A stretch of DNA of 64,000 bases from Thermoanaerobaculia bacterium (lineage in GTDB: Bacteria; Acidobacteriota; Thermoanaerobaculia; Multivoradales; UBA5704), in the NCBI GenBank assembly GCA_044226625.1, contig JBGAGQ010000033.1, forward strand, positions 1-64,000, in the 5' to 3' direction. Each line of letters begins with the position of its first letter. Position 1 is the first letter of the stretch. Shown here piece after piece: positions 27,522-39,064 of the stretch. The translations under genes and the position numbers were made by a program. The notes below the pieces were generated by a model, which worked only from the letters and a program-made list of their open reading frames with translations, was not told where the DNA came from and ran no database searches.

Positions 27522-28898
27522 CTACCTCCGAGCCGAGAATCCGATCGCCGCCGCTCCCATCAGCGCGGCGAGCATCGCGAGTCCGAAGCCGCCCAGGGTC
27601 GGAATCTCCGTGACCGCCGGGGCCCCCACGACCTCGAAGATCGTCGGATCGCCGGCGGTCGCCGTACCGGGGTCGTCCGATGAGGACGAGGCCTCGTTCG
27701 TGCCGTCGCCATCGGCGTCGTAAAGGGCGGTCGCCTGATTCGAGACGGTGGCGCCGGGGGCGAGGAGGCTGCTCAGCTGAACGAGCAGGGTGATCGTGAC
27801 GGTGCCGCCCGCCGGAATCGAGCCGTCCCAGGTGAGGAGGTTCGTGGCGATCGCCGTTCCGGAGGTCGCGGTGACGGAGACCGGCGTGAAGTCGAGGGAG
27901 AGAGGATCGGACAGCTCCGGGCCGGGGTTGTCGAACTGGGTCGAGGGCCCCTGGTTGGTGATCACGATCGTATAGGTGGCGAACGAGCCGCGCTCGAACG
28001 TGCCCGAGACCGACTTGGTCACGGTGAGATTCGCCGGGGCGAGGATCGCGGTCGGCTCGGTCGCGCTCGCGACGAGCGGACGGCCGGAGCTCTCGACCTC
28101 GATCGATCCGTTTCCTTCGATCGTCTGGCCCGGGGTGAGGTCGGCGTCAGCGCGGACGGTGACGGCGAGCGCGGCGCTCGCGCCGTCCCAAACGGGGCGC
28201 GTGCACTCGACCACGCCGCTCGCGTCGACCGGCGGAGCGGTGCAGCTCCAGTCGACGCTCGGCGCGACGAGGGAGCGGAATCCGGCGTTCGCGGGCACGA
28301 CGAAGCGGAGCGCCGCGTTTTGGTTGTCGGTGAGGTTGGAGGTCGCCGTGATCGTGTAGGTCACGTCGCCCCCGGAATTCGCCGGATCCGGCGTGTCGGT
28401 CACCGCGACGGTGAGGCTGGGGGAGACCGTGCCCACGACGGTCGTCTGCTCGGCGGAGTTGTCCTTCGGATCGGGGTCGGAGGTCGACGACGTCACGGTC
28501 GCGGTGTTGATCAGGAGCGGGCCGGCGTCCGCCCGGACCGAGAGGGAGATCGTCGCCGTCCCGGGTGGAAAGGTCGCGGTCGAGCACGAAACCGTGCCGG
28601 TCACGCCCATCGCGGGGGTGGTGCAGCTCCAACCCGACGGGGCCGTGATCGAGAGGAAGCTCGCCTCCGCCGGCAGGGGGTCGTCGACCGTGACGTCGAG
28701 CGCGTCGGCGGGGCCTTCGTTCGAGACCTGGATCGTGTAGACCACGGTTCCCGCGAGCGGCACCGGATCGACGTCGTCGGTCTTGGTGATCGAGAGGCTC
28801 GCGAGGGGGGTACCCGCCATCGCGGGGGAGCCGGAGGCGAGCAGGGCGCATGAGCTTGCACAGATCAAAACTTGAAGGTACCGAATTTTCCAGATCAT
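27522..28898 (-). CDS. DUF11-repeat surface protein with IPTL-CTERM sorting signal
   Basis: Signal peptide; LSITKTDDVDPV...YTIQVSNEGP...DPLP repeats; C-terminal EIPTLGGFGLAMLAALMGAAAIGFSARR; ATG 28898. Confidence 0.85.
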   Translation of the reverse strand: MIWKIRYLQVLICASSCALLASGSPAMAGTPLASLSITKTDDVDPVPLAGTVVYTIQVSNEGPADALDVTVDDPLPAEASFLSITAPSGWSCTTPAMGVTGTVSCSTATFPPGTATISLSVRADAGPLLINTATVTSSTSDPDPKDNSAEQTTVVGTVSPSLTVAVTDTPDPANSGGDVTYTITATSNLTDNQNAALRFVVPANAGFRSLVAPSVDWSCTAPPVDASGVVECTRPVWDGASAALAVTVRADADLTPGQTIEGNGSIEVESSGRPLVASATEPTAILAPANLTVTKSVSGTFERGSFATYTIVITNQGPSTQFDNPGPELSDPLSLDFTPVSVTATSGTAIATNLLTWDGSIPAGGTVTITLLVQLSSLLAPGATVSNQATALYDADGDGTNEASSSSDDPGTATAGDPTIFEVVGAPAVTEIPTLGGFGLAMLAALMGAAAIGFSARR

Positions 28899-28994
28899 GA
28901 TGGCTCTGAGTGTAACGCGGCGGTACGACGCGGAACCACTCGGATTTGCGCAGGCCTTGGGACCGAGCGGGCGCGGTATGCTGGCCGCTTGCCG

Positions 28995-31370
28995 ATGACG
29001 ACCTCCGACCCGCATTCGCCTCCTCCTCCTTCCGATCCCCAGGTGACCCGCGCCCCGGAGGCGCGCTCGCCGCGGGCGGGCTCCGAGCGTGCCGAGGCGC
29101 GTCGCGTGCTCGACCGGCTCGCCTCCGCGGGGGCCGAGGGGATCGCGGCGGCCGATCTCGCCGAGGTGCCGCGCGCCGTCCTTTCCGATCTCGCGCGCCA
29201 CGCGCGGGCGGTCCGGCTCGACGAGCGCTGGTACGCGATCGCGTTCGCGCCCGCTCCGATCGGCCTGGTCGATCGCCTCGAGCGGGGGGACGCGATGCTC
29301 CGGCGGCTCGCCCCGCCCGTCGCGTCGGGGGGGGCGCGGGGCCGCCTCTGGGTGGCGCGCCAGCGGCTGCGACGGGCCGATTCGGGCGACGTGGTGCTCT
29401 ACGAGGAGATCCCGCCGCGCGGCGAGCCCCGCCCCGGCCGCCTGGCCGAGGCGCGGGTCGTGCGCATCCTCGCCCACGGTCCGACCGAGCGGGTGGGGGC
29501 GCTTACGACGTTGGAGGCGGGCGCCGAAGGGCGGCCGATCTCTGCCGAGGAGGCCGAGCCCGAGCGTCGGATCGAGCCGTTCGACCGCCAGAAGCCGGCC
29601 GATTTCGCGGTGCTCGGGGCCGACGGGCTTGCCGACGGCACCTGGGTCCGCGTCGAGGTCGAGCGTCCGGAGCGAGCTGACCGATTCGAACGGATCGAAC
29701 GGGACGCCGAGCGGGACTCTTCGCGGCAGAAGAAGCCGGTCGCGCGGGTGATCGAGGTCCTGGGCGCCGAAGGGGATCCTCAGGCCGAGATCCGCGCCGT
29801 GATCGCCCATTTCGGCATCCCGGCGGCCGATTCTCCCGAGGCGATCGCCGAGGCGGCGCGGCTTCCGCCCGAGCCGCGTACCGAGGACCGCGCCGGCCGC
29901 GAGGATTGGACCGGGCGGACGATCGTCACGATCGACGGCGTCCGCACCGAGGACTTCGACGACGCGATCACCGCCGAGGCGCTGCCGAGCGGCGGATTCC
30001 GGATCGCCGTGCACGTGGCGGACGTCGGCCATTACGTGGCGGAAGGGAGCGCGCTCGATCTCGAGGCGTTTCGACGCTCGACCAGCGTCTACTACCCCGG
30101 CCGCGTGGTGCCGATGTTTCCCGAGTCGTTGTCGAACGGCCTCTGCTCGCTCTCGCCCCGCGCGAACCGGCTGGCGCTCGCGGCGATCCTCGACCTCGAT
30201 TCAGACGGCCGGGTGGTCGCCTCCCGCTTTGCCGAGACCGTGATCCGCAGCGCCCGGCGCCTCACCTACGGCGAGGTCCATCGCTTGCTCGAAAAGCCCG
30301 CCCCCGGAGACGAGGCCGAATACGGTCCCGTGCTCGGGATGCTCCGGACCGCGCGAACGGCGATGCAGGCGCTGCTCGCGGCCCGGCTGGCCCGCGGCTC
30401 GCTCGATTTCGACCTCCCCGAGGGAGACGTCGAGCTCGATTCCGGAGGGGCGCTCGTGGGGATCGCGCCCGGGGAGCGTCACGTCGGGCACCGCATCGTC
30501 GAAGAGTTCATGATCGCGGCGAACGAGGCGGTCGCATCGGCGCTCCTCGCCGCGGGCCGCCCGGCGATCTACCGCATCCATGACGGGCCGACGGGGGAGC
30601 GGCTGCGCGAGCTGGCCAACTCTCTCGCGGCGCTCGGCCTGCCGCTTTCGGTTCCGGAAGGCGTCCTCGGTGGGGAGGAGTCGGGAACCGCCGCCGAGCC
30701 GATGAACGAGACGGCGCGCGCCGCCGCGGCGCTCCCGACGGCGGAGCTCCAGTCCGTGCTCCGTCGCGCGGTCGGCCGGACGGACGAGGCGTTCATCTCG
30801 GCGCTCGTCCTCCGCGCGCTCCCGGGCGCCCGTTACGGGCCGTCGAACCAGGGGCACGCGGCGCTCGCGGCGCCGCGCTACGCCCACTTCACCTCGCCGA
30901 TCCGGCGCTATCCCGATCTCGTGGTCCACCGGAGCCTGAAGGCGTTCCTGCGCGGCGACACCGCCGCCGCGCCGGACGATCCGGAGACGCTCGAGCGCTA
31001 TGCCGCGATCGCCGAGCACGCGACCGAGGCCGACCGGCGCGCCGAGCGCTCGGAGCGCGAGCTGCTCCAGTGGTGGAAGGTGCGTTTCCTCGCCTCGCGG
31101 ATCGGCGACCGGTTCAGCGGCAGGGTCTCCGGTATCCAGGCGTTCGGGGTGTTCGTGGTGCTCGACGGCTTCCACGTCGACGGGCTGATCCCCGTGAAGA
31201 CCCTGGGCGAGCCGGACGGCGAGCGATTCCAGTACGATGCGTCCGCCTTGAAGCTGGTCGGCGAGACGTCCGGCCGATCGCTCCGCCTCGCCGACGAGGT
31301 GCTGGTCGAGCTGGTCGGCGTCGATCTGCGCCACCGCGGCCTCGATCTGCGCCTCCTGGCGACCCGCTGA
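28995..31370 (+). CDS. rnr: Ribonuclease R / RNB-family exoribonuclease
   Basis: TIDGVRTEDFDDAI, HVADV, EEFMIAANE, HFTSPIRRYPDLVVHR, C-terminal S1 domain. Confidence 0.88.
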   Translation: MTTSDPHSPPPPSDPQVTRAPEARSPRAGSERAEARRVLDRLASAGAEGIAAADLAEVPRAVLSDLARHARAVRLDERWYAIAFAPAPIGLVDRLERGDAMLRRLAPPVASGGARGRLWVARQRLRRADSGDVVLYEEIPPRGEPRPGRLAEARVVRILAHGPTERVGALTTLEAGAEGRPISAEEAEPERRIEPFDRQKPADFAVLGADGLADGTWVRVEVERPERADRFERIERDAERDSSRQKKPVARVIEVLGAEGDPQAEIRAVIAHFGIPAADSPEAIAEAARLPPEPRTEDRAGREDWTGRTIVTIDGVRTEDFDDAITAEALPSGGFRIAVHVADVGHYVAEGSALDLEAFRRSTSVYYPGRVVPMFPESLSNGLCSLSPRANRLALAAILDLDSDGRVVASRFAETVIRSARRLTYGEVHRLLEKPAPGDEAEYGPVLGMLRTARTAMQALLAARLARGSLDFDLPEGDVELDSGGALVGIAPGERHVGHRIVEEFMIAANEAVASALLAAGRPAIYRIHDGPTGERLRELANSLAALGLPLSVPEGVLGGEESGTAAEPMNETARAAAALPTAELQSVLRRAVGRTDEAFISALVLRALPGARYGPSNQGHAALAAPRYAHFTSPIRRYPDLVVHRSLKAFLRGDTAAAPDDPETLERYAAIAEHATEADRRAERSERELLQWWKVRFLASRIGDRFSGRVSGIQAFGVFVVLDGFHVDGLIPVKTLGEPDGERFQYDASALKLVGETSGRSLRLADEVLVELVGVDLRHRGLDLRLLATR

Positions 31371-31386
31371 TCCCACGAGAGAGACC

Positions 31387-32730
31387 ATGACCCTCACCCC
31401 TACCGTCGCCATCGTCGGACGGCCGAACGTCGGCAAGTCCACCCTGTTCAACCGCCTGGTCGGCAAGCGCCAGTCGATCGTTCACGACATGCCGGGGGTG
31501 ACCCGCGACCGGATCGTCGCGCTGTGCGACGTCGAAGCCTTCGAAGGCCCCGAGGGCGCGCCGGTCGACCGGAAGGTCCAGCTGGTCGACACCGGCGGCC
31601 TGATGCTCGGCGACGATCCGCTCGGCTTGTCGGCGCAGGTTTTCCTCGCGGTCGAGGAGAGCGACCTGCTGGTCTTCGTGGTCGACGGCAAGCAGGGGCT
31701 CACCGCGGCGGACGAGGCGGTTTGGGAGCGCTTCCGCCGCTACGGCAAGCCGGCGATCCTCGCGGTGAACAAGGGCGATACCCGCGAGGCCGAGCGCCGC
31801 TTCGCGGAGTTCTACTCCCTCGGCGTCGAGCGCCAGATCCTGGTCTCGGCCGAGCACGGCGTCGGCGTGGCCGACCTGCGCGAGGCGATCGGCCGGTCGC
31901 TGCCGGAGATTCCGGAGCACGCGGTGCCGGACGCCCCGGCCGTCGCGATCGTCGGCCGCCCGAACGTCGGCAAGTCGTCGCTGCTCAACCGGTTCGTGGG
32001 CGCCGAGCGCGCGCTCGTCTCGCCGGTCGCCGGGACCACGCGCGACCCGGTCGACACGCTGCTCACCCGCGGGGACCGTTCGTACCTCCTGATCGACACC
32101 GCCGGCATGCGGCGGCGGAGCCAGGTGACGGGGGAGGCCGAGGAGCTCGCGGTGATGATGGCGCGGCGCCAGGTCGAGCGCTCGAAGGTCGCGATCCTGG
32201 TGATCGACGCGGCCCAGGGGGTCTCGAGCGGCGACCTCGCGATCGCCGGCCTGGTGTGGGAGCTCGGCAAGGCCGCGGTCGTCGCGGTCAACAAGTGGGA
32301 TCTCCTCGACGAGGAGTCGCGGAAGCGCCTGGAGCAGAGTTGGGAGCGGCTCGACGAGATGCTCGCCGGGCCCGAGCGGGTGAACGTCTCGGCGCTCACC
32401 GGCCGCGGTGTGGAGAAGCTCTTTCCCGCCCTCGACCGCACCCTCGACGCCTTCGGCCTGCGGCTCGGCACCGGCGAGGTCAACCGCCTGTTCGAGCGCG
32501 CGATCGAGCGATTCCATCCGCCGGCCGAGCACGGGAGACCCTGGAAGCTCTATTACGCGACCCAAGTGGCGAGCGCGCCGCCGACGTTCATGCTGTTCGC
32601 GAACCGGACGCTCTCGCGCACCAACACCTACCGTCGCTACCTCGAGAACCGCCTGCGCGACGAGCTGGGTCTGCCCGGCGTGCCGATCCGCCTGGTGATC
32701 CGGAAGCGGACGGAGAAGGGGGGCGACTGA
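31387..32730 (+). CDS. der: Ribosome biogenesis GTPase Der (EngA)
   Basis: Two GRPNVGKS G-domains, DTGG/DTAG, NKGD/NKWD, KH-like tail YRRYLENRLR. Confidence 0.95.
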   Translation: MTLTPTVAIVGRPNVGKSTLFNRLVGKRQSIVHDMPGVTRDRIVALCDVEAFEGPEGAPVDRKVQLVDTGGLMLGDDPLGLSAQVFLAVEESDLLVFVVDGKQGLTAADEAVWERFRRYGKPAILAVNKGDTREAERRFAEFYSLGVERQILVSAEHGVGVADLREAIGRSLPEIPEHAVPDAPAVAIVGRPNVGKSSLLNRFVGAERALVSPVAGTTRDPVDTLLTRGDRSYLLIDTAGMRRRSQVTGEAEELAVMMARRQVERSKVAILVIDAAQGVSSGDLAIAGLVWELGKAAVVAVNKWDLLDEESRKRLEQSWERLDEMLAGPERVNVSALTGRGVEKLFPALDRTLDAFGLRLGTGEVNRLFERAIERFHPPAEHGRPWKLYYATQVASAPPTFMLFANRTLSRTNTYRRYLENRLRDELGLPGVPIRLVIRKRTEKGGD

Positions 32731-32835
32731 CCCGAGGCGATCGTCGATCGGCTTGCTCCCCGGTCGGCCCGCTTTTATACTTCTCTCGAATCTTTTGACC
32801 GCAGGCCGACAGCGCGGGGATCCCTTTTCCACACC

Positions 32836-33162
32836 GTGTCTACGAAGAGCAAACACGACCGTTTGGGCATGACCAAGGCCGACCTGGTGGACGTCGTCTA
32901 CCAGCGCCATGGTGGGCTCACCAAGGACGAAGCGGCGGAGGTGATCGACGCGATCTTCACCACCGTGAAATCGACCTTGGGCGACGGCCGGCCGGTCCGG
33001 ATCAAGAACTTCGGGACGTTCGAGATCACCAAGCGCCCCGGTCGCCAAGGGGTGAGCCCGATGTCCGGCGAGAAGATCTTCATTCGGCCTCACAAGGGAC
33101 TCGCGTTCCGCCCCGCCCGGCGGCTCAAAGACGAGATCACCGACCGCGGCGACGAGTCGTAA
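32836..33162 (+). CDS. IHF/HU-family DNA-binding protein (IHF-alpha-like)
   Basis: MTKADLVD...IKNFGTF...RQGVSPMSGE...FRPARRLK; followed by MerR and tRNA-Pro as in the ihfA context; start may be the ATG of MTKAD. Confidence 0.88.
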   Translation: MSTKSKHDRLGMTKADLVDVVYQRHGGLTKDEAAEVIDAIFTTVKSTLGDGRPVRIKNFGTFEITKRPGRQGVSPMSGEKIFIRPHKGLAFRPARRLKDEITDRGDES

Positions 33163-33165
33163 CCG

Positions 33166-33804
33166 ATGCCGCCTTCGGCCCGCGTACAAAAGCGCCTCTA
33201 CTACAAGATCGGGGAGGCCTGTAAGGCGCTCGACATCCAGCCGTACGTCCTGCGCTACTGGGAAACCGAGTTCCCGGCGCTCTCGCCGTCGAAGAGCCGC
33301 TCCGGGCAGCGCGTCTACAGCGAGAAAGAGCTCGCGATCATCCGCCGCATCAAGGAGCTGCTCTACGGCGAGGGCTACACGATCGCCGGGGCGAAGAAGC
33401 GCCTGGAGACCGAGCTCGAAAGCGGCGCGCTCGACGAGGGGGGCGCCGCCGCGGCGATCGAGTCGGGAGAGGCCGAGGTATCGTCCGCGGCGTCCGAGCC
33501 GGAGCTGCCGTTGCGCCCGGCCAGGCGCGCCGCCAAGGCCCCCGCGGAACGCGCCGCCAAGGAATCAGCCGGATCCCTGGAGGAATCCGCGGAGCGGCTT
33601 TTGGAGGAGCCTACCGAGCTGCCGACGGGGCGTCGGATCGAGCCCGACCTCGACCTGCCGCTCGCGATCGACGACCTCGAGCTTCCGGCACCTTCCCTTG
33701 ACACCCGGGCCATGGAGCGGATACAAACCCTCCGTTCCGGAATCCGCCGGGCGCTCGGCGAAGCGCGCGAGATCCTGGCCCTTCTCGAACGTGGCGCTCC
33801 TTAG
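33166..33804 (+). CDS. MerR-family HTH regulator with acidic low-complexity tail
   Basis: YYKIGEAC...YVLRYWETEF...GQRVY...IKELLYGEGYTIAGAKK. Confidence 0.9.
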   Translation: MPPSARVQKRLYYKIGEACKALDIQPYVLRYWETEFPALSPSKSRSGQRVYSEKELAIIRRIKELLYGEGYTIAGAKKRLETELESGALDEGGAAAAIESGEAEVSSAASEPELPLRPARRAAKAPAERAAKESAGSLEESAERLLEEPTELPTGRRIEPDLDLPLAIDDLELPAPSLDTRAMERIQTLRSGIRRALGEAREILALLERGAP

Positions 33805-33861
33805 AAGAGACTCGTGGTAAATCGTTGGAGCCCGTCGTAAACCGCAGCACGCAGCACCGGT

Positions 33862-33938
33862 CGGGACGTAGCGCAGTCTGGTAGCGTACCTGAATGGGGT
33901 TCAGGGGGTCCCGGGTTCAAATCCCGGCGTCCCGACCA
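33862..33938 (+). tRNA. tRNA-Pro(GGG)
   Basis: CGGGACG acceptor stem, D-arm, anticodon stem CCTGA/TCAGG with loop ATGGGGT, GGTTCAAATCC T-arm, encoded CCA. Confidence 0.95.
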
Positions 33939-34007
33939 ACTCTTCCCTCCCCGAGAAGACTTTTCCGGCACGGCTCCCCGAGCGGGAAAAACCTGCAGGA
34001 GCGACGC

Positions 34008-34904
34008 TCATCCCAGCCACTGGGGATGTTGGGCCGTCGAGTCGAACTCGATCTCCGTCTTGAACTTCTCGAGGTGCCCGGCCCGGCCGAGCTCGCGGGT
34101 TCGCGCGAGCAGCAGCATCATCTCCCGCTCGTCCATCGGTTCGAAGGTTTCCGCGGTGTCCACCGCCTGGTCGAGGATCTCCTGGCTGTCGATGCCGGTG
34201 ATCACCGTGGTCACCGGCAGCGAGAGCGCATAGCGCAGACACTCGACCGCGCTGGTCTCGCCGCCGCTCAAGATGTACCCGCCGCCGAGCGGCTTCATCC
34301 CCAGGACGCCGATCCCCTCGGCGGTGAGGCGGGGCAGCACGTGGTGCTGGAAGCTGCGGAAATGGAAGTCCATGACGTTCAGCGGCATCTGCACGGCGTC
34401 GAAGCGAAACCCGCGCTGCCGAGCGGCGTCGAGCATCCGCAGGTGCACGAGCGGATCCTTGTGGCCGGTGAAGCCGATGTAGCGGAGCTTGCCGGCTTTC
34501 CGGGCTTCGAGCATCGCCTCGACCGCGCCGTCCTCGGCGAAGATGCGGTCGGGATCCTCCAAGCGGATCACCTCGTGGAACTGCATCAGGTCGACGTGGT
34601 CGGTTCCCAGGCGCTCCAGCGATTCGTCGATCTGCGCCGCCGCGGTCTTGCGGGTACGGCCGTCGATCTTGGTCATCAGGAAGACCTTCTCGCGGTAACC
34701 GTCGCGCAACGCCCGGCCCATCCGGCGCTCGCTCTCACCCTCGCTGTAGTCCCAGCAGTTGTCGAGGAACGTGATGCCCCGGTCGACCGCGCTCCGAATG
34801 ATCCGTATCGACTCTTCTGGGTCGTCCTGCTTTCCGATGTGGGCTCCCCCCAGACCGATGATCGAAACTTCCTCTCCCGTCTGTCCGAGGACCCTTTTCC
34901 GCAT
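34008..34904 (-). CDS. Aldo/keto reductase
   Basis: VSIIGLGG, GITFLDNCWDY, SERRMG, VFLMTK, SLERLGTDHVDL, GKLRYIGFTGH. Confidence 0.9.
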   Translation of the reverse strand: MRKRVLGQTGEEVSIIGLGGAHIGKQDDPEESIRIIRSAVDRGITFLDNCWDYSEGESERRMGRALRDGYREKVFLMTKIDGRTRKTAAAQIDESLERLGTDHVDLMQFHEVIRLEDPDRIFAEDGAVEAMLEARKAGKLRYIGFTGHKDPLVHLRMLDAARQRGFRFDAVQMPLNVMDFHFRSFQHHVLPRLTAEGIGVLGMKPLGGGYILSGGETSAVECLRYALSLPVTTVITGIDSQEILDQAVDTAETFEPMDEREMMLLLARTRELGRAGHLEKFKTEIEFDSTAQHPQWLG

Positions 34905-35035
34905 CGTTCGCTCCTTTAAAAGAATCTTTGTCGAACTCGATCCGCTCGGACGGTGCAACCTCGATGCCTTCGCAACCGGGGCGGAGCCACCGTCGAATTT
35001 CGTGGGGCTCGGCGAGACGCTCCGTGGGACTTTGG

Positions 35036-36414
<1,379 letters not shown>

Positions 36415-36418
<4 letters not shown>

Positions 36419-38193
36419 AGCGCGTCTTCCCAAGGGATCGACAGGCGGATCGCCGCGGAGATCAACCCGACCATCGAGTAGGTCTGCGGAAAGTTGCCCC
36501 ACAGCTCGCCGGTCTTCGCGTCGAGATCCTCGGACAGCAGCCCGACGTGGTTGCGGCAGGCGAGCAGGCGGTTGAAGATCTCCCGCGCCTCGTCGCGCCG
36601 TCCGACCGCCGCGAGCGCCTCGACGTACCAGAACGTGCAGATCGTGAAGGCGGTCTCCGGAAGACCGAAGTCGTCGGGGGCGGCGTAGCGGAAGAGATGT
36701 CCGCCTCGGAGCAGCTTGGACTCGATGGCGTGGAGCGTGGCGAGGAAACGCGGGTCGGAGGCCTCGACCAGGCCGACGACTTGAAGCAGCAGCAGGCTCG
36801 CATCGATCTCGCGTCCGCCCAGGGTCGAGGCGAAGCTTCCGATCTCGGGGCACCAGGCGCGCTCGAGGATCTCCTCGCGCAGCCGGTCGGCCTCCTGCCG
36901 CCAGTGGGCCGCGCGGTCCTCGCGCTCGAGAGCGTGGGCGCACTTGGCGAGCCGGTCGCAGGCGGCCCAGCACATCGCCGCGGAGTGGGTGTGGACGTCG
37001 GTCCGGCCGCGGAATTCCCAGATTCCCGCATCGGGCGTGAGGGCGGACTCCGCGGCCCGGGCGCCCAGCCGCTCCATCCGTTCGAACAGGCCCGTGTCGC
37101 CGCGCGCCGCGAGCCGATGGTCGAAGAAGATCTGTGTCGTCGCCAGCACGACGCTGCCGAAGCCGTCGTTCTGCACCTGGCGGTAGGCCAGATTGCCGAC
37201 GCGGACCGGGCCCATGCCGCGGTAACCCGGAAGTGTCGAAATCTCGATCTCTTCGAGCGATGTCTCGGGGAGGATTCCGTAGACCGGCTTCAGGTCCTCC
37301 CCTTCGAGGGCGACGATGTTGGTGATGTAGGAGAGGAAGTCCTCCATCGTCCGGGTGTCGCCGAGCCGGTTCAGCGCGTGGACCGAGAAATAGGCGTCGC
37401 GCAGCCAGCAGTAGCGGTAGTCCCAGTTGCGGCTCGAGCCGGAGGCCTCGGGAATCGAGGTGGTGAGCGCCGCGACGATCGCCCCCGTGTCCTCGAAGCA
37501 GCAGAGCTTGAGCGTGATCGCCGCGCGGATCACCGCCTGCTGCCATTCGAACGGGATCGAGAGGTAGCGGCACCACTCGCTCCAATAGTCCATCGTGCGC
37601 TCCAGCAGATGGCGCGACAGATGGGGGATCGACTCGGCGACGCTCTCGTCCTGGCCCAGGATCAGCGTCTCGGGCCGTGAGAGGACGAACGCCGACTCGG
37701 TCGCGATGAACGAGATCGGCGCGTCGGTGGTCAGACGCAAAGCGAGCGAGGGTCCGAGATAGCGGATGTGGTTGCTCCCGATCGTCCGCTCGGGCTCGGT
37801 TCTACCGTGGTCGAACGTCGGCCGCACCCGAATGCGGACGAGGGGGAGGCCGCGAATCGGTTCGATCCGCCGGATCAGCGTCATCGGCCGATAGACGCGG
37901 CCGTGCTGGCGGAATCGCGGCGCGAAGTCGACGATTCGGATCGCGTTGCCGCGGTCGTCTTCGAGCGTGGTCGCGAGCGCCGCGGTGTTGCCCAGATAGG
38001 CCTGCTCGGTCCGCGCCAGCCCTTCGAGAGCCACCTCGCAGAAGCCGCGCTCTGCGTCGTCCCCGGCGAGCAGGCTGGAAAAAACCGGGTCGCCGTCCGG
38101 CCGCGGCAGGCAGTGCCAGACGATTCGGCCTGCACGGTCGATCAAGGCGGCGACCGAGCTGTTGCCGATGACGGCCAAGTTCAGGCTGGGCAT
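36415..38193 (-). CDS. Glycoside hydrolase family 15 (trehalase/glucoamylase-like)
   Basis: GAIVAALTTSIPE, RNWDYRYCWLRDA, GIWEFRG, GLLSED, WGNFPQTYS; ATG 38193. Confidence 0.92.
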
Positions 38194-38996
38194 TCCACCT
38201 CGCTCTCCTCGGCCGCCGGGCCGCCGCTGGGAAGGTCGATCGGGGTACCGGTCGCGATCTCGGCGAGCCAGGCCCGCACCTCGGCCGGACCGGCAAATTT
38301 CGGCGGACGGCCTCGGAGCGCGTCGAGCTTCGGTTCGCCCGCGACCGGGAGCGCGATGCCGCCGTGCCGTTCGGCCGCCACGAAGCCGTCCTCGTCGGTC
38401 GCGTCGTCTCCGGCGAACAGGGGAATCCGTCCGGCGAACGGCTCGCGCTCGAGAAACGTCTCTACGGCGGTGCCTTTCGAGGTCTCGACCGAGCGCACCT
38501 CCCAGATCCGCTTGCCCGGCATCAGGACGACGTCGGGCCGATCGGTGAGCAGAGCGCGGAGCGCACGCTCGAGAGCCGGCCCGGCCTCGGGTCGTTGACG
38601 GTAGTGGACCGCCGCGGAGGTCTGCTTCCCCTCGAATCGGGCGCCGTGCTCGCGCGCGATTCGCTCGACCTGGCGTCTCAGCTCTTCCGGGACGACCGAT
38701 GCGATCCGGATTTCCGGCGGCCGGTGGGAGGCGAAGCGAATCACCGCCCCATGCTCGGCGGCGGCGGGTAGCTGAGAAGGGAAGAAGCGGTCGAGCGCGG
38801 CGAGGGGACGACCGCTCACCAGGGCGAGTGCGCCGCCGAGCCGCTCGGAGACCCGGTCGAGCACGAGGCCCAGCTCCGCCGGAACCGCCACCGATTCCGG
38901 CGTTGCGGCGAGGTCCAGCAGCGTGCCATCGACATCCAGAAAGAGCGCCCAGCACGTTGCCGGTACGAGGTCCGGCCAGGCCCGCATCAGACCCAC
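38181..38996 (-). CDS. otsB: Trehalose-6-phosphate phosphatase
   Basis: ALFLDVDGTL, ALVSGR, AAEHG, AVHYR, SKGTAV, FAGDDATDEDGF; exact start uncertain. Confidence 0.9.
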   Translation of the reverse strand: MGLMRAWPDLVPATCWALFLDVDGTLLDLAATPESVAVPAELGLVLDRVSERLGGALALVSGRPLAALDRFFPSQLPAAAEHGAVIRFASHRPPEIRIASVVPEELRRQVERIAREHGARFEGKQTSAAVHYRQRPEAGPALERALRALLTDRPDVVLMPGKRIWEVRSVETSKGTAVETFLEREPFAGRIPLFAGDDATDEDGFVAAERHGGIALPVAGEPKLDALRGRPPKFAGPAEVRAWLAEIATGTPIDLPSGGPAAEESEVECPA

Positions 38997-39064
38997 GGTA
39001 ACCGATTCGCCTTCGAAAGTTCAAACCGCAAGGTCGAAGGTGTCGATCCGCGTCCTAGGGGAGC

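Noticed and set aside
39010-39045. Possible attR copy of the tRNA-Pro 3' end (GTTCAAA) bounding the trehalose cluster
   Set aside because: Only about 7 bp match; too short to support a site-specific integration scar
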